The notes beneath the pieces are model-generated. The model was not told where the DNA came from, made no database searches, and saw nothing but the letters and a program-made list of their open reading frames with translations. Source: a virus (Duplodnaviria > Heunggongvirae > Uroviricota > Caudoviricetes). Taken from it: a stretch of DNA of 36,135 nucleotides. This document shows, piece by piece, positions 27,657 through 36,135 of this stretch. The position numbers and the translations under genes are program-made. The stretch's first letter is position 1. Each line of letters begins with the position of its first letter. The stretch is taken from IMG/VR virus record IMGVR_UViG_2563366968_000009; one strand, 5' to 3'.

Positions 27657-29939
27657 TTATTGCTCTGAATAACAATAAAACCAACTCCACTCATCAGCGA
27701 CCGGATACGTAAATTTTTTCCCGTTGTAATCTACGGTCGCACCACGCGCCAGCGCCTCAAGCTCCCATCGCTGCGGCCTGATACCCTTTTGAGCAAGGTC
27801 AACACGGATACGGGTAATTTGCATTCGTTCCGACCTGGTCAGTCTGGCCGATGGTGCCATTTCATATGGTTTTAACGGGCTTCCGTTTCTTTGCTGACGG
27901 TTTTGCGTTCTCCGACCGTGTTTTAATGCGCCTCTGAGCGCCCTCACAACCTCCGGGTCATTCCATTCTATAACCCCGTCATCAACCAGATTAAGCACTG
28001 CTGCAGCGTGCTCAGACGGTGTGGGAGCCGGTAACGAAGCATCACTACCGGTGAGCTTTCCACAGTTATTGACAGGACTCCGAGGCGCGGCGATGCCGCT
28101 TTTTAAAGTCAAAGGCTCAACGACCGGAACTTTCGGAACAATGCGCCAGTCCGTCGTTCTGGTGATATGAATATGACGCGCGCCGAGATGCGGCGCGTAA
28201 ATGCCGACCACTCTCTCGACTTCTTCCTCGTACTCGTTAACTTCATCCGACGGGCTACGGGCAACCCTGACAGTCTGACAATCGCGCGGGACATTTGCCC
28301 CACCCTGCGCGCTGATATACAACGCAAAATCACCACTGTCTGCGGCGGCGCGTGCAGCCTCGACGCGTTCGTCAAACTCATCAGCAATGCTGACGCCGCG
28401 AGGCAATTTGCGTAGTTCACGGTAAGCGCCCATTGTCGGCAGGCCAACCGTTTTAAATTGCGGGATACGCCACGTTGACGCCCATGCGGTAACAGCCGCT
28501 GCAGTGTCTTTCAGCGGCCTGCCGGTATCGTTATCGAGCTGACCATCCAGTGCATAGCCGTCGATGTTTTTTGAGATGTATTTCGCGATATACCCCGCAG
28601 CACCGCCCCGGTTAAGGTGTTTTGCCTGAAAACGGTTTCGCGCAGCTCCTCTTTCGTCGCCATCCTCTTTGAGTGCGTAGCGACGCATGATTTCGATAAT
28701 CTGGTTACGCTGGCGCGGATTACAAAAAAGCATCATATGCCAGTGCGGCGTTCCGTCGTGGTGTGGCTCGACGACACGCAAACCGTAGACCTGTAAATCA
28801 TTATCCTTGAATGCCGTGCGCATCAGGCTCCAGATATGGCAGAGATAACGCTGCGCATCCTTTGGATTAAATGCCTCATCGTTCCAGCCGTGATTTAGCT
28901 GGACGGTTTTACTTTCGCCTTTTCCGACCTGACGTGTCGGGTGATACTTTGACGGCGCGGTCAGCGTGATAAACATCCCCACATCACCCTCTGCTGCGGC
29001 GTAACGCTCAATACCGGCAATGGTGTTCATCAGCTCCATCCGGCGAATTTCAGGATTAGAAATACTGCCCATCACCTTACTGATAAGGTCGATGCGCTCG
29101 CCGGTTTCCCTGTTTTCAAGGTCACACGATTTAAGAAATTCCAGATTTGCCTGGCGGCGTGCACGTACATCACGAATGGCATGTTTACTGGCATAAGGAG
29201 AACGGTCTTTATTCACCTCCCCGACAGCAATCAGTAACGCCTCATGCCAGCGCATACGCTGGCCTTTAAGCTGATGAGTCCACCACTCATCGTTAAACAG
29301 ACGGGCAATGGCAGAATATGCCTGCCTCGTGGTCATCTGTCCTTTACGGTATTTTTTCCAGTAGAGAGGGGAAATATTGAAAGCTCGTGCAGCGCCAGCA
29401 ACATGACCATACAGGTGATCCTGAGCCTCATCCGTAAACAGTGATTCTTTTTCGCCATGCGCATCCACCCAGGCATCGCTGAGTTCCTCATACATCATGA
29501 AAAGCTGCGATGAGATACGGGCGGCAAACTTTTTCAGCTCCTTGTCATTCATTCCCGGCAGGCGCGCATAGTGGTCACGCTCTGCCAGAAACAGCAACGA
29601 CGCGTCGGTGTTCATTTCATGGCGCTGATTCACACGCTCAATGCGCGGCCATAAACGACGCTGAAAAGTGGATGTGAGGAAATAAAACCCGTGCACCGGG
29701 CTTTTATTGCGCCGGATGTAGTCATAGCGTGAAGTAAACAGCGAGCGCAAAAAGTAAGGCAGGCGGTTAATCGTGGATAAAACACCTTGCACCTGACGCA
29801 TCTCGTCACGTGTAAGGGGTCTTTCGCGCCCGACGGCCTCGCGTGGCGCGTTCCATGCATAAGCACCGGTAAACGTCTTACCGGTGCCTGCGGCAAATGC
29901 TGACGGAGGGACAAAACGCCCGGAGGCTTTAACGACCAT
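27657..29939 (-). CDS. A: Replication initiation protein gpA (rolling-circle nickase), about 760 aa
   Basis: Protein matches P2 gpA from memory (MAVKASGRFVPPSAFAAGTGK...; here MVVKASGRF...). Start placed at the internal ATG; the track ORF (to 29981) is 14 codons longer. The exact start is uncertain. Confidence 0.8.
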   Translation of the reverse strand: MVVKASGRFVPPSAFAAGTGKTFTGAYAWNAPREAVGRERPLTRDEMRQVQGVLSTINRLPYFLRSLFTSRYDYIRRNKSPVHGFYFLTSTFQRRLWPRIERVNQRHEMNTDASLLFLAERDHYARLPGMNDKELKKFAARISSQLFMMYEELSDAWVDAHGEKESLFTDEAQDHLYGHVAGAARAFNISPLYWKKYRKGQMTTRQAYSAIARLFNDEWWTHQLKGQRMRWHEALLIAVGEVNKDRSPYASKHAIRDVRARRQANLEFLKSCDLENRETGERIDLISKVMGSISNPEIRRMELMNTIAGIERYAAAEGDVGMFITLTAPSKYHPTRQVGKGESKTVQLNHGWNDEAFNPKDAQRYLCHIWSLMRTAFKDNDLQVYGLRVVEPHHDGTPHWHMMLFCNPRQRNQIIEIMRRYALKEDGDERGAARNRFQAKHLNRGGAAGYIAKYISKNIDGYALDGQLDNDTGRPLKDTAAAVTAWASTWRIPQFKTVGLPTMGAYRELRKLPRGVSIADEFDERVEAARAAADSGDFALYISAQGGANVPRDCQTVRVARSPSDEVNEYEEEVERVVGIYAPHLGARHIHITRTTDWRIVPKVPVVEPLTLKSGIAAPRSPVNNCGKLTGSDASLPAPTPSEHAAAVLNLVDDGVIEWNDPEVVRALRGALKHGRRTQNRQQRNGSPLKPYEMAPSARLTRSERMQITRIRVDLAQKGIRPQRWELEALARGATVDYNGKKFTYPVADEWSWFYCYSEQ

Positions 29940-30204
29940 ATGAGCCAAAAGCCTCTGAACAACGCTTGCTGAGTTGCTCAACCTGCGCGTTTAAATCAGC
30001 AAAAGACTTTGCGCTTCCGGTCAGAATATCGTGATGCATCAGGCCGGAAACGAGCTGGCTTAATTTCGGGTAATAACCAACCACCGCCAGCCATTCCTGA
30101 CCGGCGTTTTTACCACTTTCCGCTCTCTTTTTCTCGTGGAGAATAAACTGAAAGCTGTCACTGGTAACGACATAACGTTCGCCAATTTCAATACGAATAC
30201 TCAT
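29929..30204 (-). CDS. Small early-region protein (91 aa), P2 orf83-like
   Basis: ORF directly upstream of A in the same orientation; assigned by position only. Confidence 0.55.
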   Translation of the reverse strand: MSIRIEIGERYVVTSDSFQFILHEKKRAESGKNAGQEWLAVVGYYPKLSQLVSGLMHHDILTGSAKSFADLNAQVEQLSKRCSEAFGSYGR

Positions 30205-30425
30205 GCCGTTCTCCGGTAATGTTTGTTTTTTGCTTCAAAGACTGACTGACAGGAAACACAACGCGTGGCTGACGGATAAGCCGCACGACGGGCAGCAGGT
30301 ATTGGCGCGTCACACTCTTCGCAAACCAGCGCAGAAGCACCGCAATGTTTTACCCTTGCCGCGTTAATCTGGCGCTCCAGTAATTCAGCCTGTTGTTCCT
30401 GAATAAAATCTACGTTGTCCGGCAT
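30201..30425 (-). CDS. TraR/DksA-family C4 zinc-finger protein (74 aa), P2 orf82-like
   Basis: Cys pairs CEEC...CVSC with the spacing typical of TraR/DksA C-terminal zinc fingers; ATGA overlap with neighbours. Confidence 0.65.
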   Translation of the reverse strand: MPDNVDFIQEQQAELLERQINAARVKHCGASALVCEECDAPIPAARRAAYPSATRCVSCQSVFEAKNKHYRRTA

Positions 30426-30730
30426 TACCAGTTCCTTTTGTCGTTAAGGTTTTTAAATTCATCAGCGCAATAGCTGGCGATTTCTGTCGTTAATTTCGTC
30501 AGTTCATCCACGGAGGAGATTTGCTTGTGAAACACAGCGCGTTTAACAAGTAAATTGACCACATCAGACAGGAGATTTAATTCGTTCTGATAAATCGCGA
30601 TAACAGACTCAGTTATTTCGCGTTTTTCTTTATCAAGACCAAGTTGAATAAGAGATAAATCGCCATTTTTCATAACGGCGATTTTTAAGGCGTTATTCAG
30701 TAATACAACTGAACGAGAACAGAACATCAA
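30425..30730 (-). CDS. Small early-region protein (101 aa), P2 orf81-like
   Basis: Strong GGGGAGGTG Shine-Dalgarno 6 nt upstream of the ATG at 30730. Confidence 0.55.
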   Translation of the reverse strand: MMFCSRSVVLLNNALKIAVMKNGDLSLIQLGLDKEKREITESVIAIYQNELNLLSDVVNLLVKRAVFHKQISSVDELTKLTTEIASYCADEFKNLNDKRNW

Positions 30731-30951
30731 AGCACCTCCCCGCGAGACAATCCGATATTGTGAAATTTTTCCGACTCCTGACTGAGCAGCTCGACTATCT
30801 CCACGCGGGATAACTCCGCCTTTGTGATGTGGCGAATCATGGCGTCAAGATGAGAAGAAAAGCGCGTCGCTGCGTCGGCCTGTGCTTCGGTTCTGGCCTG
30901 TTGCAGCAGTAATGTGTATTTACCGCACTGATTTTCAGAAACTGTATGCAT
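30727..30951 (-). CDS. Small early-region protein (74 aa), P2 orf80-like
   Basis: Start placed at the ATG at 30951 (MHTVSENQ...) with GGAG 7 nt upstream; the track start at 30984 lacks a Shine-Dalgarno. Confidence 0.5.
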   Translation of the reverse strand: MHTVSENQCGKYTLLLQQARTEAQADAATRFSSHLDAMIRHITKAELSRVEIVELLSQESEKFHNIGLSRGEVL

Positions 30952-31014
30952 GACTTTCTCCAGGCAAAAAGAAGCCCCGCACAATTAAGTGCGTTAAAAA
31001 CTCTGGTTAATTAC

Positions 31015-31515
31015 TTAATGCAGATATTGCTCTGGTTTTACCGACGTCAGAATTGTCGGTGCATACTCAAACAGACTGAATAATTCACGTAATGCACGGA
31101 ATAAAGCATCACGCCAGTAACATGATTCTTCATTAATGCGCCAGTACGGCTGATTGAATTCTTTTTCTGTCAATCCCGCATGCATAAATAAAGTGCGACG
31201 CTGACTGACTGTTAAAAAACTAATATATGCATACTCACTCGCGCCAACCTGACGGCGTTTTGAGAATGCCCCACGCAATTCATCAATTGCACATACCAGT
31301 CGTTCACGTTCGACGTCGTTCATTTCTTCAAAACGCATCGTTGCGTGACGCTGTTTTAACTGAGCATGGAAGCAAACCGTTAACCGTTCGCGCTCCATCA
31401 TCTGATTATAATAATCACATGTCTCCTGCCAGCGAGGGACGGCCAGATGCTTACCAATTATCCGGCGCATAGCTGCTGGCTGTTTTTCAACGAGATTGAG
31501 CGTCATCACTGTCAT
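31015..31515 (-). CDS. B: Replication protein gpB (166 aa; helicase-loader-like)
   Basis: MTVMTLNLVEKQPAAMRRIIGKHLAVPRWQETCDYYNQMMERERLTVCFH... matches P2 B from memory. Confidence 0.85.
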   Translation of the reverse strand: MTVMTLNLVEKQPAAMRRIIGKHLAVPRWQETCDYYNQMMERERLTVCFHAQLKQRHATMRFEEMNDVERERLVCAIDELRGAFSKRRQVGASEYAYISFLTVSQRRTLFMHAGLTEKEFNQPYWRINEESCYWRDALFRALRELFSLFEYAPTILTSVKPEQYLH

Positions 31516-31682
31516 TTCCATACCCTCCGGCTTTTCAGAAAGGTCAGAGCCTTTTTTAACGGACTCTGTTTTTTGGTACGGATAATGATTCCCTTACGCC
31601 CCTTACCGTGGGTGATGGTGAAGTCAAACGCCCTGGGGCTTTCGTTACGCAGTAACTGAGCAATACAACGAGGCTCATTCAT
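31512..31682 (-). CDS. Small protein (56 aa), P2 orf78-like
   Basis: Short ORF between cox and B, as in P2; start chosen to give the 56-aa P2-like product. Confidence 0.5.
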   Translation of the reverse strand: MNEPRCIAQLLRNESPRAFDFTITHGKGRKGIIIRTKKQSPLKKALTFLKSRRVWK

Positions 31683-31692
31683 ACGGTTCTCC

Positions 31693-31968
31693 TTAACGTG
31701 GTTCACCGAGACCTAACCACATCAACCAGCCGTCACGAATCTCTTTAGGGCGGCTTTCATAAGCCAGTTTTAGTCCGTTATTCCATGCCGGAAGGTATAC
31801 CCAATATTCACCTGCACGACCTGAAGCTGATTGTGGATCGGTCATATCAATTACAGGCAGCTTTCCTTTATCGATCATCCGACGAACCGCTCCTGTCGAT
31901 TTTCCTATTAGTTTTGCGAACTCCTGATAAGGAATCGCATCAGTCATGAGTGTTACTTGCTTGCTCAT
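31693..31968 (-). CDS. cox: Cox (91 aa): excisionase / directionality factor and Pc repressor
   Basis: MSKQVTLMTDAIPYQEFAKLIGKSTGAVRRMIDKGKLPVIDMTDPQSASGRAGEYWVYLPAWNNGLKLAYESRPKEIRDGWLMWLGLGEPR matches P2 Cox from memory. Confidence 0.9.
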   Translation of the reverse strand: MSKQVTLMTDAIPYQEFAKLIGKSTGAVRRMIDKGKLPVIDMTDPQSASGRAGEYWVYLPAWNNGLKLAYESRPKEIRDGWLMWLGLGEPR

Positions 31969-32042
31969 GTTGTCCTCCAGCCCTCATGAATTGCGTTTAA
32001 TGCCTTATAATGCCTTTTAGTGCCCACATCCAAGCACTAAAC

Positions 32043-32079
32043 AATCTACATCTAAACCAAATACTATTGAGATCTAAAC
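32043..32079. promoter_or_regulatory. Pe/Pc switch region with direct-repeat operators ATCTAAAC (32050..32057 and 32072..32079, 22 bp apart)
   Basis: Two identical 8-mers spaced two helical turns apart between divergent cox and C, plus a related AATCTACA at 32043..32050. P2 repressor C is known to bind direct repeats spanning the early promoter. Confidence 0.5.
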
Positions 32080-32082
32080 ACC

Positions 32083-32382
32083 ATGTCAAACACGATAAGC
32101 GAGAAGATAGTCTTAATGCGAAAATCAGAGTATTTGAGCAGACAACAACTTGCTGATTTAACAGGGGTTCCGTATGGCACGCTGAGTTACTATGAAAGTG
32201 GTCGTTCAACACCTCCAACAGATGTCATGATGAACATCCTGCAGACCCCACAATTCACCAAATACACTTTATGGTTCATGACCAATCAGATCGCTCCTGA
32301 GTCCGGGCAAATTGCGCCCGCTCTCGCACACTTTGGGCAAAACGAAACAACGTCGCCCCACTCCGGTCAAAAGACTGGTTAA
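32083..32382 (+). CDS. C: Immunity repressor C (99 aa)
   Basis: MSNTISEKIVLMRKSEYLSRQQLADLTGVPYGTLSYYESGRSTPPTDVMMNILQTPQFTKYTLWFMTNQIAPESGQIAPALAHFGQNETTSPHSGQKTG matches P2 C from memory. Confidence 0.9.
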   Translation: MSNTISEKIVLMRKSEYLSRQQLADLTGVPYGTLSYYESGRSTPPTDVMMNILQTPQFTKYTLWFMTNQIAPESGQIAPALAHFGQNETTSPHSGQKTG

Positions 32383-32497
32383 CAATTCATCGTGAATATA
32401 TTCATTACAAGTGCCTACTATTGGTGGCTAAATTTCAGCCACCACGAAAAAAGCGATTAGTAGTCGCAAAAAAACACACCACTCGGAGGGTTTTCTG

Positions 32498-33511
32498 ATG
32501 GCAATCAAAAAACTCGATGATGGTCGATATGAAGTGGACATCCGCCCTACTGGACGTAATGGAAAACGCATCCGTAGGAAGTTTGATAAGAAAAGCGAAG
32601 CTGTCGCTTTCGAGAAATACACGTTGTACAACCACCACAATAAAGAATGGCTATCAAAACCAACAGACAAACGACGTCTGTCGGAACTGACACAGATCTG
32701 GTGGGATTTAAAGGGTAAACACGAAGAGCATGGGAAATCTAATCTTGGAAAAATTGAAATCTTCACAAAAATAACGAATGACCCATGCGCATTTCAAATC
32801 ACGAAATCCCTTATCAGCCAGTACTGCGCCACCCGAAGAAGTCAGGGTATTAAACCTTCGAGTATCAATCGTGATTTAACATGTATTAGCGGCATGTTTA
32901 CAGCCCTGATTGAAGCGGAGTTATTCTTTGGTGAGCACCCTATCAGAGGGACAAAGAGGCTTAAGGAGGAAAAACCAGAAACAGGCTATCTCACACAGGA
33001 AGAAATTGCCTTACTGCTTGCAGCACTTGACGGCGACAATAAAAAGATTGCGATTCTTTGCCTGAGTACAGGAGCACGTTGGGGAGAAGCAGCTCGTTTG
33101 AAAGCAGAAAATATCATCCATAACCGCGTCACGTTTGTTAAAACGAAAACAAACAAACCACGCACCGTCCCGATCTCAGAGGCTGTTGCCAAAATGATCG
33201 CGGATAACAAACGAGGTTTTTTATTCCCTGATGCTGATTACCCTCGCTTCAGACGAACAATGAAAGCAATAAAACCGGATTTGCCAATGGGGCAAGCCAC
33301 ACATGCACTAAGGCACAGCTTTGCCACTCATTTCATGATTAATGGAGGAAGTATTATTACGCTACAACGGATACTAGGTCACACGCGGATTGAGCAAACG
33401 ATGGTTTACGCTCATTTTGCGCCAGAGTACCTTCAGGACGCCATTTCTCTTAATCCGCTAAGAGGTGGTACTGAGGCCGAGAGTGTCCACACAGTGTCCA
33501 CAGTAGAGTAA
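32498..33511 (+). CDS. int: Tyrosine integrase (337 aa)
   Basis: Length and position next to attR match P2 Int; C-terminal R...HxxR...Y-type catalytic region (ATHALRHSFATH...MVYAHF); GGAGGG Shine-Dalgarno. Confidence 0.9.
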   Translation: MAIKKLDDGRYEVDIRPTGRNGKRIRRKFDKKSEAVAFEKYTLYNHHNKEWLSKPTDKRRLSELTQIWWDLKGKHEEHGKSNLGKIEIFTKITNDPCAFQITKSLISQYCATRRSQGIKPSSINRDLTCISGMFTALIEAELFFGEHPIRGTKRLKEEKPETGYLTQEEIALLLAALDGDNKKIAILCLSTGARWGEAARLKAENIIHNRVTFVKTKTNKPRTVPISEAVAKMIADNKRGFLFPDADYPRFRRTMKAIKPDLPMGQATHALRHSFATHFMINGGSIITLQRILGHTRIEQTMVYAHFAPEYLQDAISLNPLRGGTEAESVHTVSTVE

Positions 33512-33590
33512 CGTTTAAGGGCTTTCAGTGGTAATTTATGCCGCTCAAACCCGCATTGTACCGTTGAAAGCCCCTACTGTTGACACCCTA

Positions 33591-33617
33591 AATCTCCCTT
33601 ACACGGGCTTATTTTTT
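33591..33617. other. attR: attR core, 27 bp identical to attL
   Basis: Exact repeat of 1507..1533, 80 bp downstream of int. Confidence 0.85.
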
Positions 33618-33787
33618 GTGCATAAACCATAGAGACGGATTGATCCCAGGTGACCGTCTTCCATTGACCACATCGATAGAATCTCCCTTCATAGCACGAT
33701 GCCTTTCACGTAACGGCATCGTGCTCGCACAGGTTCCGGCTAAGCACAACCAGAACGCGCATGTTTGACGCTTACCAAAAAATATTC

Positions 33788-34105
33788 TCACTCTCCACAT
33801 TTGAATGTCAGACGAGCGACGCCATGTAATCCTGCACCTTCTGTCTTCAGGTCAACTATCTGCATTTTTTTGCCCTGAGTAACACAGAAATGAGCTGCAT
33901 CATTTTTTACTATATTTTCTGCACCAGATATTCTGCCCCTGGCTAAAGAAGCTTCGGCTTCGGTGTAGTATTGGTTATCGAGTTTACGCTGAATATTACT
34001 TTTATATGCAAGACCAAATTTACCGATACTTGTCTCATCATTATGTACAGCACACCCAGACATAAGAAAAACACTAATTAATGATATAGCAGCTATCTTT
34101 TTCAT
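33788..34105 (-). CDS. yegR: Lipoprotein YegR (105 aa)
   Basis: MKKIAAISLISVFLMSGC... has a signal peptide and lipobox. Start placed at the internal ATG (105 aa) rather than the extended track ORF. Synteny with yegS as in E. coli. Confidence 0.75.
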   Translation of the reverse strand: MKKIAAISLISVFLMSGCAVHNDETSIGKFGLAYKSNIQRKLDNQYYTEAEASLARGRISGAENIVKNDAAHFCVTQGKKMQIVDLKTEGAGLHGVARLTFKCGE

Positions 34106-34519
34106 CTTACCTTCCCCCATTAAATACCAACGACACGCTCTGGTGTTAAAATATAATAATGGCATGATTATTATAATTGAATAGGATTATAATAAATGTT
34201 CTGTACAACATTTCCTACATAAGTAGGAATTACAAACATGAAGCCCTGCCCAGGTATCCCCATGAGGGCTTTAATATATTTAGAATAAGATAGTGAAGAT
34301 GCCACTGTTTAGTTGAATATTAGGTATATGCTCTTTTTTGAAATTTACCGGTGGCTACCGTTAACATTCACTGTCCCCATTGCAAGCTCCTGGTGGTAAC
34401 CACTGAATCCTCCATACTTGAACTGATTTTTTATCCTCCGACTTTCATCCTGTTCTGACTCCACCTTTTCTTTTCTGCTCTACACTATCTACAGACCAAT
34501 CATAAAGGCACATACGATC

Positions 34520-35404
34520 ATGGCAGAATTTCCCGCCAGCTTACTGATTCTTAATGGCAAAAGTACTGACAATTTACCATTGCGCGAAGCAATTATGCTG
34601 TTGCGTGAGGAAGGAATGACGATCCATGTGCGGGTCACCTGGGAGAAAGGCGATGCCGCACGATATGTAGAGGAGGCCCGGAAGTTGGGCGTCGCAACGG
34701 TGATTGCCGGTGGTGGCGATGGCACCATTAATGAAGTTTCTACGGCGTTGATTCAGTGTGAGGGGGATGACATACCCGCGCTAGGAATTTTGCCATTAGG
34801 AACCGCCAATGATTTTGCCACCAGTGTAAGGATTCCTGAGGCACTGGATAAGGCGCTGAAACTGGCAATTGCCGGTGACGCCATTGCGATAGATATGGCG
34901 CAGGTCAACAAACAAACCTGTTTTATTAATATGGCGACAGGCGGATTTGGGACGCGTATTACCACAGAAACGCCGGAAAAATTAAAAGCCGCGCTGGGTG
35001 GCGTCTCTTACATCATTCATGGCTTAATGCGCATGGATACTCTGCAACCGGACCGTTGTGAGATCCGCGGTGAAAACTTTCACTGGCAAGGTGACGCCCT
35101 GGTCATTGGTATTGGTAACGGGCGTCAGGCCGGTGGCGGTCAGCAATTGTGCCCGAACGCGTTAATTAACGATGGCTTGCTGCAACTGCGCATTTTTACC
35201 GGCGATGAAATTCTTCCGGCTCTCGTATCAACATTAAAATCTGACGAAGATAACCCGAATATTATCGAAGGCGCTTCGTCGTGGTTTGATATACAAGCCC
35301 CACACGAAATCACTTTTAATCTTGATGGCGAACCGTTGAGCGGACAAAATTTTCATATTGAAATACTTCCGGCGGCGTTGCGGGTGATGCTGCCAACTTA
35401 CTGA
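34520..35404 (+). CDS. yegS: Lipid kinase YegS, C-terminally altered by IS1 insertion (294 aa ORF)
   Basis: [45 protein letters not shown]... matches E. coli YegS (DAGK-family GGDG motif). The reading frame runs into IS1 at 35383 and ends ...[13 protein letters not shown], where I recall the native protein continuing ...RCRLPPDCPLLR. Confidence 0.85.
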   Translation: MAEFPASLLILNGKSTDNLPLREAIMLLREEGMTIHVRVTWEKGDAARYVEEARKLGVATVIAGGGDGTINEVSTALIQCEGDDIPALGILPLGTANDFATSVRIPEALDKALKLAIAGDAIAIDMAQVNKQTCFINMATGGFGTRITTETPEKLKAALGGVSYIIHGLMRMDTLQPDRCEIRGENFHWQGDALVIGIGNGRQAGGGQQLCPNALINDGLLQLRIFTGDEILPALVSTLKSDEDNPNIIEGASSWFDIQAPHEITFNLDGEPLSGQNFHIEILPAALRVMLPTY

Positions 35405-35437
35405 TTTAGTGTATGATGGTGTTTTTGAGGTGCTCCA

Positions 35438-35713
35438 GTGGCTTCTGTTTCTATCAGCTGTCCCTCCTGTTCAGCTACTGACGGGGTGGTGCGTAACGGC
35501 AAAAGCACCGCCGGACATCAGCGCTATCTCTGCTCTCACTGCCGTAAAACATGGCAACTGCAGTTCACTTACACCGCTTCTCAACCCGGTACGCACCAGA
35601 AAATCATTGATATGGCCATGAATGGCGTTGGATGCCGGGCAACTGCACGCATTATGGGCGTTGGCCTCAACACGATTTTACGTCACTTAAAAAACTCAGG
35701 CCGCAGTCGGTAA
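35438..35713 (+). CDS. insA: IS1 InsA (91 aa), GTG start
   Basis: [43 protein letters not shown]... with zinc-finger Cys pairs and an HTH. Confidence 0.9.
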
Positions 35714-36135
35714 CCTCGCGCATACAGCCGGGCAGTGACGTCATCGTCTGCGCGGAAATGGACGAACAGTGGGGCTATGTCGGGGCTAAATCGCGCCAGC
35801 GCTGGCTGTTTTACGCGTATGACAGGATACGGAGGACGGTTGTTGCGCACGTATTCGGTGAACGCACGCTGGCCACGCTGGAGCGTCTTCTGGGCCTGCT
35901 GTCGGCCTTTGAGGTCGTGGTATGGATGACGGATGGCTGGCCGCTTTATGAATCACGCCTGAAGGGAGAACTGCACGTTATCAGCAAGCGATATACGCAG
36001 CGCATTGAGCGGCATAACCTGAATCTGAGGCAGCACCTGGCACGGCTGGGACGGAAGTCGCTGTCGTTCTCAAAATCGGTGGAGCTGCATGACAAAGTCA
36101 TCGGGCATTATCTGAACATAAAACACTATCAATAA
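35632..36135 (+). CDS. insB: IS1 InsB (167 aa in this frame; expressed as the InsAB' transposase by -1 frameshift)
   Basis: Matches IS1 InsB from memory, with several substitutions relative to the K-12 copy I recall. An A-run in TTAAAAAACTC (about 35688..35698) lies in the insA/insB overlap. Confidence 0.85.

Larger units (their letters stand above)
1507..33617. mobile_element. Complete P2-like (Peduovirus-type) prophage, about 32.1 kb, att to att
   Basis: Bounded by 27-bp direct repeats; contains an uninterrupted P2 gene set in canonical order, with protein lengths matching P2 (D 387, U 159, T 815, FII 172, FI 396, I 176, J 302, W 115, V 211, S 150, R 155, K 165, Y 93, M 247, N 357, Q 344, Cox 91, C 99, Int 337). 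A P2-type cos sequence is present at 25538..25556. Confidence 0.9.
35383..36135 (+). mobile_element. IS1 insertion sequence (left end present; right terminal inverted repeat beyond window edge)
   Basis: Begins GGTGATGCTGCCAACTTACTGATTTAGTGTATGATGGTG (IS1 left IR), followed by insA and insB. The window ends at the insB stop codon, so the last ~14 bp are not visible. Confidence 0.9.

Noticed and set aside
33609-33800. 63-aa minus-strand ORF overlapping attR and the yegR 3' end
   Set aside because: Overlaps the att core and the degenerate att relic; no ribosome-binding site; more likely non-coding scar sequence.
1-36135. CRISPR arrays, rRNA or tRNA genes
   Set aside because: No regularly spaced direct repeats with unique spacers and no tRNA-like cloverleaf candidates were noticed; the only repeats are the att cores, the IS1 end and the protein-coding periodicity in gene H.

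Overview
The window is an Enterobacteriaceae chromosomal locus, yegQ - cyaR - [complete P2-like prophage] - yegR - yegS::IS1. The prophage (about 32.1 kb, 1507..33617) is bounded by two identical 27-bp direct repeats that match the phage P2 att core as I recall it; the left copy overlaps the 3' terminator of the sRNA gene cyaR. Gene order is the canonical P2 prophage order: ogr, D-U-T-E/E'-FII-FI, a cargo slot, G-H-I-J-W-V-S-R-lysCBA-K-Y-X-L-M-N-O, divergent P-Q, cos, a second cargo slot, A, four small early ORFs, B, orf78, cox, C, int. All backbone genes look intact, so the element is probably functional. Two visibly AT-rich cargo insertions sit at the positions of the P2 Z/fun and tin/old loci. 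The first (8449..10103) is a translationally coupled pair encoding a 4-TM membrane protein and a DGQHR-motif (DndB-like, ParB/Srx-fold) protein, which I cannot assign to a named system and regard as the best candidate for an undescribed anti-phage system. The second (25708..27540) is a single ~610-aa protein with a C-terminal R-x4-H (HEPN-like) motif. Right of attR, the host flank carries a degenerate att/phage-arm relic, yegR, and yegS whose 3' end is replaced by an IS1 that runs off the window edge. All identifications are by eye from the sequence and ORF track and by recall of P2/E. coli proteins; no searches were run.
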